This document shows positions 37,801-47,414 of a stretch of 64,000 nucleotides of DNA, one piece after another. The position numbers and the translations under genes are program-made. Under the pieces are notes generated by a model. It had not been told where the DNA came from, searched no databases, and was given only the letters and a program-made list of their open reading frames with translations. How positions within the stretch are numbered: the first letter of the stretch is position 1; each line of letters opens with the position of its first letter. The stretch is from a virus. The stretch covers positions 96,001-160,000 of IMG/VR virus record IMGVR_UViG_3300009514_000888; one strand, 5' to 3'.

Positions 37801-38364
37801 TCAGACATCGATACCAGCCAGTTGCAGTTCAGGGGCGATATCTCTGACCTTCTGATGACGTTCTCCTCGCCTACAGGCACGACAATCAATATGTTCATTG
37901 ATGACCTTGCCGCTGCTGACTTTAACAACGTTACCAAGTCTGACATCACTGGCACAGGCCGTAACTTTGCGTTCATCGCTGGTATTACCATCAACTTGAA
38001 CACGAATATTACGGACGGCGCAACTAACAAAATCGTTGTATTCTTTACGGACCCAGATGGAAATGCCACGACGCCTGTTGGGGGTAATGAATTCGGAACA
38101 GTTGGCGCAATTATCGTCCAAGACGATACCCCGGCCAATATGGAGGCAAGCGACCAGGCAACCACACCTCTGACTTTCAACTTCGACTATGATAACAATG
38201 TTCAGGGCGGACGCGATTCCACCGAATCTGCAACGCCAATTACTATCGTTGCTATTACGACAGATACAGGGCAGTATGTCCAGACAACAGGCAATATCCT
38301 GCGACAATCATCTAATATTTTCTCACTAGTAGCTGCGCTGGAGCGCAACTATCAGAACAATTGA
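34834..38364 (+). CDS. Large virion structural protein (tail/fibre-associated, beta-rich)
   Basis: 1176 aa, rich in T/D/G/A; MAIVTDPDD..GVTLQAVYSFLKEEW..LIRTGGW pattern of large-phage structural proteins; internal repeats. Confidence 0.7.
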   Translation: MAIVTDPDDLNRFAVAVNPGIERISIRGLGTARVAKQTDGAVTFGSGDTWDAFTEFTGTADFASVVAGDILTIVKGNNIGHYIVSSAPTTSRIIIDSAISTFNGFDNLVTNGNFASGANWTVDTNWAIGSGTLNSTAATTAQRAYQTLTDNPLANSTVYETTFEITAYTGGTVNIDLGGAGGAGGGTDGAGRTGTGVFTERLTSPGSTGQQVTFENSVASTLSIDHVHVSELVTYRVDQATGEAAGPSGGTVGDGVTLQAVYSFLKEEWRTFDTSLFGTTGADEAPDLIKFTFPIESITREQFEIGGPTHSNWDFADNTTRNLIRTGGWSSINVNNVIVDVYPGVITLGSLDSDTVVYFIQANNFTTTPTDFVLTGAVNQSVNALTVTGGFATTNVSTTNKVPTGQVTGNIVFTATDTIDGGASVNFVTLGYAVGDKVQIVAAEDAGNIGIFTIVTIVDNAGTNDRMTVSGVSITSNTDDDTALLSPVTDNRDFLKLFARKKARTYVDADLTDIGVTQLESIVNRFPLSHVTDPAITLDDGQLAGDPSNSVFASVEVVDSSGTNGDMTASVPADGTFAFTAAAQNFNTDLNVGDTVSVETEGTGGSTADIGFYEILSVDGATSLTCFNEPLVGSVTDPSSADVTFSTYTRYRKQQATDGVLSDPTGADNEGRLTSAGGTFTTDGGIGDRIVVAGDMVVMTDGFLIGPFTGANGLIFSGATIEEIGNNDFTADGLIVGDRITIASAEDAANNGTYDIIAIATTSFDILTVRNTDGTAVSFTGNTDDETATIRSDNWEGVYKVATGGVAATTLDVELNDPDDHFPTSGTATSITFHVLRPTMILQYRSKFAAPRGPTLSLAYSGATIRRTADIPFAWSEDNYVVGGTVVTASSEDGGVNNGTFIITALSNGGQPDDTVTLINTDGTTPSFTANTDDDSVTITGNSGHVRAMNGVNYSFNWRLFGNSGTLAQCFQWIQRQLRRGRASETLAQSDIDTSQLQFRGDISDLLMTFSSPTGTTINMFIDDLAAADFNNVTKSDITGTGRNFAFIAGITINLNTNITDGATNKIVVFFTDPDGNATTPVGGNEFGTVGAIIVQDDTPANMEASDQATTPLTFNFDYDNNVQGGRDSTESATPITIVAITTDTGQYVQTTGNILRQSSNIFSLVAALERNYQNN

Positions 38365-38412
38365 TACAATAAGGACTTACGTATATTTATTACTTTCGTC
38401 CTCAAAAATAAT

Positions 38413-38455
38413 AAAAAAGAACTCCGATACATGCGTATTGGAGTTCTTTTTTTTT
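38413..38455 (+). terminator. Rho-independent terminator (possibly bidirectional)
   Basis: A6-GAACTCCGATAC-ATGC-GTATTGGAGTTC-T9. Confidence 0.88.
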
Positions 38456-38522
38456 CCTTAGGCAGCATCGTGGACTACGTTGAAGATCACAAAATCTCTT
38501 GAAAGCATGTGAAGGCCTTAGC

Positions 38523-39782
38523 ATGACAGACGTTATTCAGTCAGAAATCAAAAAGCTAGAGACAGCGATAGAGTCCCTGGAGACTGACTGGGAGGCCCAT
38601 AGCAATCTGGGGGTTTTGCGGTATATGACTGGCGACCACAATGCCGCCTTGAAGCATTTTCTTCGCGCGACAGAGATAAACCCCCAGAGTGCCTTCGTGT
38701 GGCATAATCTGGCGAAATGGCACGATGGACGGAACGAGATGAACGAAGCCATCACGTGCTATTCTAAGGCTCTGGAGGCGGACCCTGCGTACCATTCTTC
38801 CCGTTTCAATCTGGCTTGCGATTATCTCAAGGCTGGGCGACTCAAGAAGGGTTGGGAGTGTTACGAGTCACGTTGGGCATTGTTCCCTGATGCTCATACG
38901 ATTCGTAATTTATTCAAGCATATTCCCGAATGGGCCAATCAGGACTTGCATGGCAAAACTATTGTGTTGTATTGTGAGCAGGGCATCGGGGACATGATCA
39001 TGTATGTTCGGTTTGCGAAGCATCTAAAAGAGATGGGTGCCACAGTTGTCGTTGATATTAAGGGCATTAATGATGTATCCCCCAAGGGCAGTATGAAGCA
39101 TTTGTTGGAGGCGATGGAATTTATCGACCATGTGACGCCATTTGAAGATGATGACGAGGGAACGATTGGATGTCATTACCAGCAATCGGTTTGCAGTTTG
39201 CCTTATATTTTGGGGTTAGAAAAGATTGATTGGGATGGGGCTTACATAGAGCCTGTTGAGCTTATTGAGTTGTATGTGGATATTATGGAAGCTCAACATA
39301 AGGACTTTTACAATATTGGCATTGTTTGGTCTGGCAATATGACATGTGGCAAGAACCCAGATCGTTCGGCATTGTTGAGGTTCTTTAATCCTGTTGGGGC
39401 ATTGCCGAATGTGAGGATGCACAGCTTTCAGGATATGTTCCAGTATCCGAAGGATCACCCATTTCGCTCTGATATGAAGGTGGGAACTCATTTTCCGTTG
39501 GTTCATTGGGATAGTTTGATTGCTACGCTTAATGATACTGCCAATTTAATGCATAAGATGGATGCGATAGTAACTGTTGATACAGCATTGGCTAATTTGG
39601 CTGGGGCGATGGATCATCCTAATGCTTATGTAGCCCTGGGATATAACGCGGATTGGCGATGGGAGACGGGGGATAGCACTCAGTGGTATCCTAATTTGAA
39701 GCTGTATAGGCAGGATGCGGATAAGGATTGGACCCCTGTTTTTGAGAGGATTGCTGCGGATTTAGGGGCTAGTATGACTTAA
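38523..39782 (+). CDS. TPR-repeat protein with GT-B/GT9-like C-terminal domain
   Basis: TPR repeats, GWECYESR, EQGIGD, IGIVWSGN, VTVDTALANLAGA, DWRW and WYPNLKLYRQ motifs. Confidence 0.88.
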   Translation: MTDVIQSEIKKLETAIESLETDWEAHSNLGVLRYMTGDHNAALKHFLRATEINPQSAFVWHNLAKWHDGRNEMNEAITCYSKALEADPAYHSSRFNLACDYLKAGRLKKGWECYESRWALFPDAHTIRNLFKHIPEWANQDLHGKTIVLYCEQGIGDMIMYVRFAKHLKEMGATVVVDIKGINDVSPKGSMKHLLEAMEFIDHVTPFEDDDEGTIGCHYQQSVCSLPYILGLEKIDWDGAYIEPVELIELYVDIMEAQHKDFYNIGIVWSGNMTCGKNPDRSALLRFFNPVGALPNVRMHSFQDMFQYPKDHPFRSDMKVGTHFPLVHWDSLIATLNDTANLMHKMDAIVTVDTALANLAGAMDHPNAYVALGYNADWRWETGDSTQWYPNLKLYRQDADKDWTPVFERIAADLGASMT

Positions 39783-40324
39783 TGTATGTCAGCGAATACT
39801 TCATAGCTTTGGCTATCCCCAAATGTGCATCGAGGACTATGCGGGAGTGGAATGAGCTATATGGGGGAAGTATTGATTTTGGCATGCATGGTATGTCATC
39901 TGATGCAGGGGATTATGAGGGGAAGATAGTATTTTCGCCTGTCAGGAATCCATATTCGAGGGCGATATCCCTTTGGAAGCATGTCAAGAAGTTGTATCGA
40001 TATTCTGATTCCATTGATGTTTTGATGGAGGAATTTATGGGCGTAAAGGACATGGTACTTAAGGATGTCTTTCGTTATTCTCAGATTGGATTTCTGAGAA
40101 GTTTTAATTTTCCATTTGATAAAGTTGAGGTCACATACATTCACATGGAAAATTTCGAAGAGGAGCTAAAGGCATTGCCCTTTTTCTTTCATCCTTTATC
40201 AAAAGAGGGAGCGTCTCATTCTAATTCCTGGGAAGAGGTTAAGAGCTTAAGCAGAGGTTCTCTCGATTTGATCAATGAATGGGCTAGCAAGGACTTTGAT
40301 GTTCTCTCTTATGACAGATTGTAA
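39782..40324 (+). CDS. Sulfotransferase family 2-like protein
   Basis: IPKCASRT, VRNPYSRAISLW and HMENF motifs. Confidence 0.75.
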   Translation: MYVSEYFIALAIPKCASRTMREWNELYGGSIDFGMHGMSSDAGDYEGKIVFSPVRNPYSRAISLWKHVKKLYRYSDSIDVLMEEFMGVKDMVLKDVFRYSQIGFLRSFNFPFDKVEVTYIHMENFEEELKALPFFFHPLSKEGASHSNSWEEVKSLSRGSLDLINEWASKDFDVLSYDRL

Positions 40325-40327
40325 ACT

Positions 40328-40744
40328 ATGAGTATAGCCATTATTGTACATGACCCCTTGGATGATTCTGTATCTATGCATGGAGATATGTGGGCTGATA
40401 TCATTGCTGCTTTTGATATTCCACATGTTTATAAGGTCGGAGGGGATCGGGTCAGTCCGTTTGTCCCATATGGACCAGAGCACATCATCCCGTCTAAGAC
40501 GGTTTGTGTCATGACTCCTGCTGAGGCTTTGGCAGCAAATGTTGAATCTGTCAAACTGCAAGCATATATACATCCTGATGAATGTACTTATGTATTTGGT
40601 CCAGATACCGATCAACGCGGCTGGCAGCATGGTTTTGCTGGACCAGATGTTGATTATGTTTCGGTGATTACGCCGAGTGCGACAGAGTTGTATGCATTTA
40701 ATGCTGCCGCTTTTATTCTTGGAAATCGTTTTAGGATTTGGTAA
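40328..40744 (+). CDS. Hypothetical protein, possible SPOUT-like fold
   Basis: HPDECTYVFGPD..DYVSVITP..ELYA. Confidence 0.5.
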   Translation: MSIAIIVHDPLDDSVSMHGDMWADIIAAFDIPHVYKVGGDRVSPFVPYGPEHIIPSKTVCVMTPAEALAANVESVKLQAYIHPDECTYVFGPDTDQRGWQHGFAGPDVDYVSVITPSATELYAFNAAAFILGNRFRIW

Positions 40745-43429
40745 ATGGCTGTAACTGACCTTAGAACTTTGATTGATGATGGTACTGACAACACCAACTG
40801 GACCGATGTGGCCGGGTCTGCTTCTGGCACCAACAATAGTGAGGTGTTCCCTCCGGGTGCCTCAGCTTCTGTAACAGACAAAGTATCAAAAACTGTTGAT
40901 GGTCTTTTGTATGATACTGGAGGAACAGGTAACTTCGCTGCTGGTGATCACCTTTACCTTTGGTATTCATACCTGTTTGGTGCTCTTGACACAATTGCGG
41001 GTGGAGGAATTCGCATTAGAGTGGCTGGTGCCACAATCACAAACTGGGCTGAAGTCTATGTTGATGGCAATGACTCTGGCAAGTCTGGCTGGCAGCTTGC
41101 GGTTGTTTCTCTGGATGCCATTTTGGCTAACCCTGATGGAACAAATGGTACGCCGCCAACGGCTGCAACTGTACAACGTGTTGGGGTTGTGTTTGATATT
41201 ACTGCTACTGTTGGTGGTAACAATGACAATGTTGCTGTTCAAGGTGTTTGGCGTTCGCCGTCATCGCTAACTGCTGCTTACCGTATTGACGCTGGTACTG
41301 ATGCTACACCAAATACGTGGCAAGATTTGATTGATGACTCTCTGACAAACGCTTACGGTCTGGTAGTCGAGGAGCCTAATGGCGCTATTACTTTGCGCGC
41401 GCCAATTGTTTTTGGACCTGACCCTGGGGGCGGCAGCCCTAATGCAGTATCGACATTTGTGGATACTGGCAAAGTTTTGGCTTGGGACTTGTCAACAGGT
41501 CTTATTGAACCTGATTTTTACAAATTAACTGTAGAAGCTGGCACGGGGGATGTTCGGGTGACTGCGGGGACAAAACTGGGTTCTGGCGAAACTGCTGTTG
41601 GTGTTAGCGGCTGGACCATCATTAGTGGCGGCCCGAGATGGCGTCTGGACTTTGAGGATGCCGATCAAGATGACATTCAATTCTATGGATGTTCATTCTT
41701 TGGATCAGGTCCATTGTCTATTAATGATGCTGCCGTTGAAATTATATCATGCGTATTTTCTGATTGTGACTTTATTACCATGACTGGCGGTGCTACTGGA
41801 CCCACATTGCTATCCAACTTCTTTTCTGGTGCGCCAGGGCCAAATGCTCAGGTAGTATTTACTAGCGGCGTTACTCCATCGGACGGGCAGTTTGACTTTA
41901 ATACGTTTGTCAATATGAGTTGGTTTGCTATAGAGATTCCATCAGCTACTACTCAATTTGATTTGCGAGGCATAATCTTCTCTGGTAACGGAACTAATCG
42001 AGATGTGCTGTTATCGCATACTACAGGCGATATCCAGCTTAATGTTCTCGAAGATGGCGATACTCCTGGGGTCACAAACGGCGCAACTATTACTGTCACA
42101 ATGACTGGTGCTTGTGACGTTATTGCCGTTGCTGCTGGGACCTGGTATGAAGCATTGGGGACGGAGACGAATGACTTAGGAAGTGCGACTGGAACGCTAG
42201 TTACTCAAACAACTGCTTCTCTTGCGGCAGATGATGATACGTTTGCATTGGCTGCTGTAAGCCCTCCGACTAAGAGCGGTGGAAATGTCTCTACTCTCGC
42301 CTATACTGGAACAGCGGACGATTATAGCGATAGTCATTTTCTTGAGATTCCATCGCACGGCGGCGGCATGAGCTTGAGGCAAGGTGCTGATGAAATAACA
42401 TTCGCTGCCGATACTCGTACTGGGTTTCCCGTAGCATCTCATACTGAGTCGGAATCTGTTCAAGGTATTGTGCATGTAGATGCTGCGGTTGGTTCAACGC
42501 CTGTAGTTTCTTTGGACGCTACAAATGACGCGCTTGGTGTTCGAGAAATGCGTCCGTGGCAAACCGTACAAGACTCGTCAACGTTGACGTTTAGCTATGG
42601 CGCTGGCACTTCTACTAATAATGCAAGATTTCTTTATGTAGCTGTTGTGGCTTTGGACGGAGTAGCTGCTAATACTTTGGTATCTGGTATTGTTTTGAAC
42701 AGAAGCGGCGGAACAACCGCTTTGTCAGCACGAACTACGACGTTCCCTGTTCAAGATGATAATGTCGGCTCTACTGGCAAGTCATTAGAATTGCATGTCT
42801 TTGACTATGATGTGGATACTGCTGGTCAAGATTTGGATCAAGGCACATATGACGTTAACAATAATGTCAACGTAACGATTACTGTTTTTGATTCCAATGG
42901 CGACGCTGCTCCTGGGGTATTGGTTGCTGTTTATCAAGATAATACTGCTCGCACGACGGTTATATCTTCTACGAGTTCCGATGAGAATGGACAGGTTGCC
43001 GGGTCTGCGGCATCTGGTTTGGGCGCGATTATTATCAGGGTCAGGCAGAATACAAACATAGCTAGTTTTAATACCACGTCTGGTGTCAATGATACCACCG
43101 AAACGATTACGACGGCTGCGAATCATCATTTCCAGGATGGAGATGCCATTACCTATGACAAAGACGGAGGGACCGCGGCCATCGGATTGACGGATGGGAC
43201 GGTTTACTTTGCTGGCAATGTCACAGCTGGTACCCTGCAAGTATATGATACGGCGGCTAATGCCATCGCAGGCGGCGCAGGCGGTAGGCAGGACTTAACG
43301 GGAGCTGGTAGCGAGACTCACCTGTTCGATCCCAAGAGGTTTATTAATTCAAGCTCGAAGGGAACAATCGGAGCAGGTAATTTCGAGGCTCAGATTTCAT
43401 TGGTTGAGGACATTATCGCTACAGGATAA
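40745..43429 (+). CDS. Virion structural protein (fibre/baseplate-like, beta-rich)
   Basis: 894 aa, T/G/A/D-rich, beta-helix-like central part, C-terminal module shared with the next gene. Confidence 0.65.
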   Translation: MAVTDLRTLIDDGTDNTNWTDVAGSASGTNNSEVFPPGASASVTDKVSKTVDGLLYDTGGTGNFAAGDHLYLWYSYLFGALDTIAGGGIRIRVAGATITNWAEVYVDGNDSGKSGWQLAVVSLDAILANPDGTNGTPPTAATVQRVGVVFDITATVGGNNDNVAVQGVWRSPSSLTAAYRIDAGTDATPNTWQDLIDDSLTNAYGLVVEEPNGAITLRAPIVFGPDPGGGSPNAVSTFVDTGKVLAWDLSTGLIEPDFYKLTVEAGTGDVRVTAGTKLGSGETAVGVSGWTIISGGPRWRLDFEDADQDDIQFYGCSFFGSGPLSINDAAVEIISCVFSDCDFITMTGGATGPTLLSNFFSGAPGPNAQVVFTSGVTPSDGQFDFNTFVNMSWFAIEIPSATTQFDLRGIIFSGNGTNRDVLLSHTTGDIQLNVLEDGDTPGVTNGATITVTMTGACDVIAVAAGTWYEALGTETNDLGSATGTLVTQTTASLAADDDTFALAAVSPPTKSGGNVSTLAYTGTADDYSDSHFLEIPSHGGGMSLRQGADEITFAADTRTGFPVASHTESESVQGIVHVDAAVGSTPVVSLDATNDALGVREMRPWQTVQDSSTLTFSYGAGTSTNNARFLYVAVVALDGVAANTLVSGIVLNRSGGTTALSARTTTFPVQDDNVGSTGKSLELHVFDYDVDTAGQDLDQGTYDVNNNVNVTITVFDSNGDAAPGVLVAVYQDNTARTTVISSTSSDENGQVAGSAASGLGAIIIRVRQNTNIASFNTTSGVNDTTETITTAANHHFQDGDAITYDKDGGTAAIGLTDGTVYFAGNVTAGTLQVYDTAANAIAGGAGGRQDLTGAGSETHLFDPKRFINSSSKGTIGAGNFEAQISLVEDIIATG

Positions 43430-43432
43430 TCA

Positions 43433-45694
43433 ATGTCTCAGGTCATTCTTACAAACTGGACCATCTTTTTCGCGGACGATGCTCCGGCTGCTTCGTCTGG
43501 CATGAAGCAGATTACATGGACTGGGGGAGGCGGACCGGAGGATAACACGAATACTGTCAATGACCTTTATTCCGAGATTATGCATTATTTTTCCATACCT
43601 GGAAATAATGACGCCGATGACACCACTCCCATGAAAGCCGTTACTCCTGTGAGATATGAGATAGGGAGGTTCGATTCAGGCGATTTGGAGGCTTGGTTTA
43701 TTGACCCCGTGAGCGCCCAGCACTTAACTGGCGGATCGATTCAAACAGTTGGTTGGACGAGAGTTGCTGACTCTTTCTCAGGGATTGTCAAGGTGGCATA
43801 TACTCCGACAACCAACCAGTTTGTGGCTTCTGACATTGGCCGAACGGTGACGCACGATGATGGCGATACTGGTATTTTACTTTGGTTTGATTCGACGAAT
43901 AATGAGGCTTGGATTCGCCCGACAGATGCGACTTCAACTAATAACTGGGATTCTGGAGCCAATGACTTCGTCGCCACTCTCGGAACTGGAGATGTTACTC
44001 AAACGGCGACAGCTGTTACCGGAGAGCGTCTTTGGTCGAATGAGAGAACGATTGGCACGCTTGAAGATAATACCCGTATATTTGTTGCACAAGCAAATAC
44101 AGAAATCAGCAACTTTTGGGGAGATGGAGATGCGATCCAGCAGATTAATAGGCTATTTCTTGTTAATGATGGCTTTGATGCGGGCTTGATCAACAAGGGC
44201 TTGCTAACGACGTATGCCCGTCAATATAGCAAATTATATGATCACTTTATTGCGGACTTGAGCGGCGGCGGACAGGTTCCAGTTCCCCTGTCTACTTCTG
44301 ACGACAAGAACAATACTTCTGGCAACAGGACCGTTACGGTCACTGGCGCATCTTCTGCATTTTCTATAGACGAAGTTGTCACTGGCGGAACCAGCGGCGC
44401 TAAGGGCGTGGTGACCGTCAATATCGGCAATCCAACAACATCTTTCGATTACTACTTAATAGACGATCTGACGGATTTTAATGCGTCCGAGACTCTGTCT
44501 GGTAGCATTGTTGGCGCAAATGGCTCGACAAACGGCGCACCAGCCGACGACGGACCGGCGCTCAATACGGGCGTCACTATAACCTTCGGGGAAGAGGACG
44601 CATCTTTTAATACTGGCACGGGCGTCAATGGAACAACAGAGGTGATTACGACGGCCGCGGCTCATGGTTTTTCGACTGAAGATGAAGTAGACTATACAAA
44701 GGATGGCGGCACAGCAGTCATTGGGCTAACAGAGGGAACGCTGTACTATGCTAGATCATTGTCAGCTACAACTTTGTCTTTGCATGCATCGGCTGCGGAT
44801 GCTGCATCAGATACAGCCAGAATTGACTTGACCGCTGCGGGGGCAGAGACGCATCGATTGGTTAGGTCTTATGACTTTGACGAGAATGGAACTGGGGAAA
44901 GTTATTCAATCATCATTAATTGCGATAGCCTTGATTTGCCTGATCTTTATGAACGGTTGAAGCATATTACGAGGAGAGGGGAGACGGCGACGCTGAACGG
45001 CATTGAGGGTCAGCAGTATATCGGCACCAATTATCGCATTGATTACAATGCTTTAACTGGCACGATTGATACAGGCAATACATTGACGCAGCTATTGGCA
45101 GATGGCACGACCACGACCACAGTGGTCCAGAAGCATCATACGATAGATGGCTTTCTGATGCTTCGTGATACGGATGGTGATTTAGAAGTTGGGGCCGGGG
45201 CTGCAAACTTGCAGATTGATGGATCGAATTTTGTGACGATGACTGGCGGCGCAACAGCGGAGATTATCCAGCCGGTAAGATTATCCCCCTTCGGCACCCT
45301 GGCAGGCGGACGATTTTTTGGCGCTCGGGGCGTCTATTTGGAGAATTTCGATTCATCGGAATTGAATAATATTGAATTGATAGACGACGGAGGACCAACT
45401 CGTACCTCGCCTATTGTGGTCACGTTTCAGCTGACTGGTTTGCAGTCAAATTCGGAAGTCAGACTTTGCGATTCAGATGTGGCCGATGGCGATCCATCTC
45501 AGGAGATAGCTGGAACGGAGAGTTCCGGCACCACCTTCTCTTATCAATATACCTATGTCGGGGATGTGAATGCCCATGTTATTATTCATCATTTGAATTA
45601 CCAATGGCAGCGGATTAGCGGTTTGGTTTTAAGCACTTCAGATCAATCGATCCCTGTTCAGCAGCAGCGTGATCGCAATTTCAGCAATCCATAA
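43433..45694 (+). CDS. Virion structural protein
   Basis: 753 aa, T/D/G-rich, within the structural block. Confidence 0.65.
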   Translation: MSQVILTNWTIFFADDAPAASSGMKQITWTGGGGPEDNTNTVNDLYSEIMHYFSIPGNNDADDTTPMKAVTPVRYEIGRFDSGDLEAWFIDPVSAQHLTGGSIQTVGWTRVADSFSGIVKVAYTPTTNQFVASDIGRTVTHDDGDTGILLWFDSTNNEAWIRPTDATSTNNWDSGANDFVATLGTGDVTQTATAVTGERLWSNERTIGTLEDNTRIFVAQANTEISNFWGDGDAIQQINRLFLVNDGFDAGLINKGLLTTYARQYSKLYDHFIADLSGGGQVPVPLSTSDDKNNTSGNRTVTVTGASSAFSIDEVVTGGTSGAKGVVTVNIGNPTTSFDYYLIDDLTDFNASETLSGSIVGANGSTNGAPADDGPALNTGVTITFGEEDASFNTGTGVNGTTEVITTAAAHGFSTEDEVDYTKDGGTAVIGLTEGTLYYARSLSATTLSLHASAADAASDTARIDLTAAGAETHRLVRSYDFDENGTGESYSIIINCDSLDLPDLYERLKHITRRGETATLNGIEGQQYIGTNYRIDYNALTGTIDTGNTLTQLLADGTTTTTVVQKHHTIDGFLMLRDTDGDLEVGAGAANLQIDGSNFVTMTGGATAEIIQPVRLSPFGTLAGGRFFGARGVYLENFDSSELNNIELIDDGGPTRTSPIVVTFQLTGLQSNSEVRLCDSDVADGDPSQEIAGTESSGTTFSYQYTYVGDVNAHVIIHHLNYQWQRISGLVLSTSDQSIPVQQQRDRNFSNP

Positions 45695-45790
45695 TGTGGT
45701 TGTGCCTGAAAGGTCTTTTCTTGCGAACATAGAAATAGAATATCAGCCAATGGCTGCGATGTCTCACCCCCATATAGAGGAAATGCGAGC

Positions 45791-47413
45791 ATGAGTAATA
45801 CTAATTTTGGACGTTGGTCAAGCTATCAGATTCCTCCAGACTCTACTGGCAAGGAAATCGCCACAACCGCTGTTCTAAAGGTCACTTACGCTTCTGGAAC
45901 GATTGACTTTACCAGAGGCGATGCGGTTACCGGCGCGGCTTCTGGACTGACGGGAAAGGTTTCGGCAGTAGACGGCACCACAACGGCGGGCGACATATAT
46001 GTTGTTGTCAATTTCTCTAGTCCTGCTGATGATTTTGATGTTGCCGAAGATATCCAGGTCAATGCGGTTACGAATGCGGTTGTTTCTTCTACGGTTCGCA
46101 TGCATGCTCCGACCGGAACTGTAGTTGGGGCAAATAATCCGCTCAATGCTCAATTCGTTGGTCCCAAAGGTTCGGCGTATATTCGATTTGCTGATGGCGA
46201 TCAGCAGATTGATGCAGCAGGCATATCCAGGGTTTCTCAGGCAACTCAAATTGCTCAGTACTGGAATCGTTATGATAAGAATGAGGATTTCCAGGAAACG
46301 GTAACGGGCGGCGGTTCGACGACCCACTTGCCTAATGAGTCGGCTGTCGCGATGGACGTTGGAACCCCAAGCGGAGATGAAGTTATTTGGCAAAGCCATC
46401 TCTATCACATCTATCAGATGGGATATTCACAGAACGTGGAGATGACTATTGCAGTTGGGGACACTGGCAAGTCCAATGTTCGCAGGCGATGGGGATATTT
46501 TGACGCTGACAATGGAGCATTTTTCGAGCTAAACGGAACAACTTTGTCTGTGGTCCGCAGAAGCCGAGCGACTGGTAGCGTGGTAGATACAGCCGTGAAT
46601 CAGTCGTTATGGAATGGCGACCGCTTGGACGGCGGAGGCGGTATTGATAACTTATCATTAATGAATATAGATGTTAGCACGATGCTGATCTATTGGATTG
46701 ACTATCAGTGGATGGGCGCGGGGCAGCTAAGATTTGGTGTTTACGATGACCAGGGAGACAGGATCACTGTTCACAGTGTACAAAATACCAACATCCGTGC
46801 CGAACCCTGGATGACGCATCCAGCGCTGCCTGTTAGGTTTGAAATTACCAATACGAGTACAGCGGCATCTCCCAGCCGCCTAAAGGCAGTATGCTGTTCT
46901 GTTAAGACAGATGGCAACTTAGTGGAAGCTCGATCAAGAAAGACGGTTAAGTGGTCGATTGAGTCCGCTACTAATTCGAGCGTAGCCGATACGGCATTTG
47001 AGCCTATTATTTCATTTAGAAGCAAGACTACTTTGAATAGTATTGTGAACCGAAAAATCTCTATTCCTGAACTGATTTCCGTGTATGTTACTAATAATCC
47101 CATTTTGTTTGCAATTATCAGGAATCCGACAACCTTGACTGGCGCGAGCTGGGGGTCGGTATCCACGCGATCAGCGGCAGAATTTGACGACTCGGCTACA
47201 GTCATCTCTGGCGGAGACCAGCTGGTCACCTGGGCGCTCGACATTGGAACGCATAATCTATCGTTGCCGTCGAATTTCGGCCTTTTTTCTGAGAATCTCC
47301 ACGTCCTGGGCGATGGTACGGTGGGAGACGTATTTAGTTTTGCGACGAAGTGCTTGGTATCGGCATCGACTTCAGGAGTGACGATGTTTCCGACATGGAT
47401 TGATGTGGAGTGA
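45791..47413 (+). CDS. Virion structural protein with lectin/jelly-roll-like C-terminal region
   Basis: RRWGYFDADNGAFFE, IYWIDYQWMGAG and PALPVRFEI pattern of phage structural proteins. Confidence 0.6.
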   Translation: MSNTNFGRWSSYQIPPDSTGKEIATTAVLKVTYASGTIDFTRGDAVTGAASGLTGKVSAVDGTTTAGDIYVVVNFSSPADDFDVAEDIQVNAVTNAVVSSTVRMHAPTGTVVGANNPLNAQFVGPKGSAYIRFADGDQQIDAAGISRVSQATQIAQYWNRYDKNEDFQETVTGGGSTTHLPNESAVAMDVGTPSGDEVIWQSHLYHIYQMGYSQNVEMTIAVGDTGKSNVRRRWGYFDADNGAFFELNGTTLSVVRRSRATGSVVDTAVNQSLWNGDRLDGGGGIDNLSLMNIDVSTMLIYWIDYQWMGAGQLRFGVYDDQGDRITVHSVQNTNIRAEPWMTHPALPVRFEITNTSTAASPSRLKAVCCSVKTDGNLVEARSRKTVKWSIESATNSSVADTAFEPIISFRSKTTLNSIVNRKISIPELISVYVTNNPILFAIIRNPTTLTGASWGSVSTRSAAEFDDSATVISGGDQLVTWALDIGTHNLSLPSNFGLFSENLHVLGDGTVGDVFSFATKCLVSASTSGVTMFPTWIDVE

Positions 47414-47414
47414 T

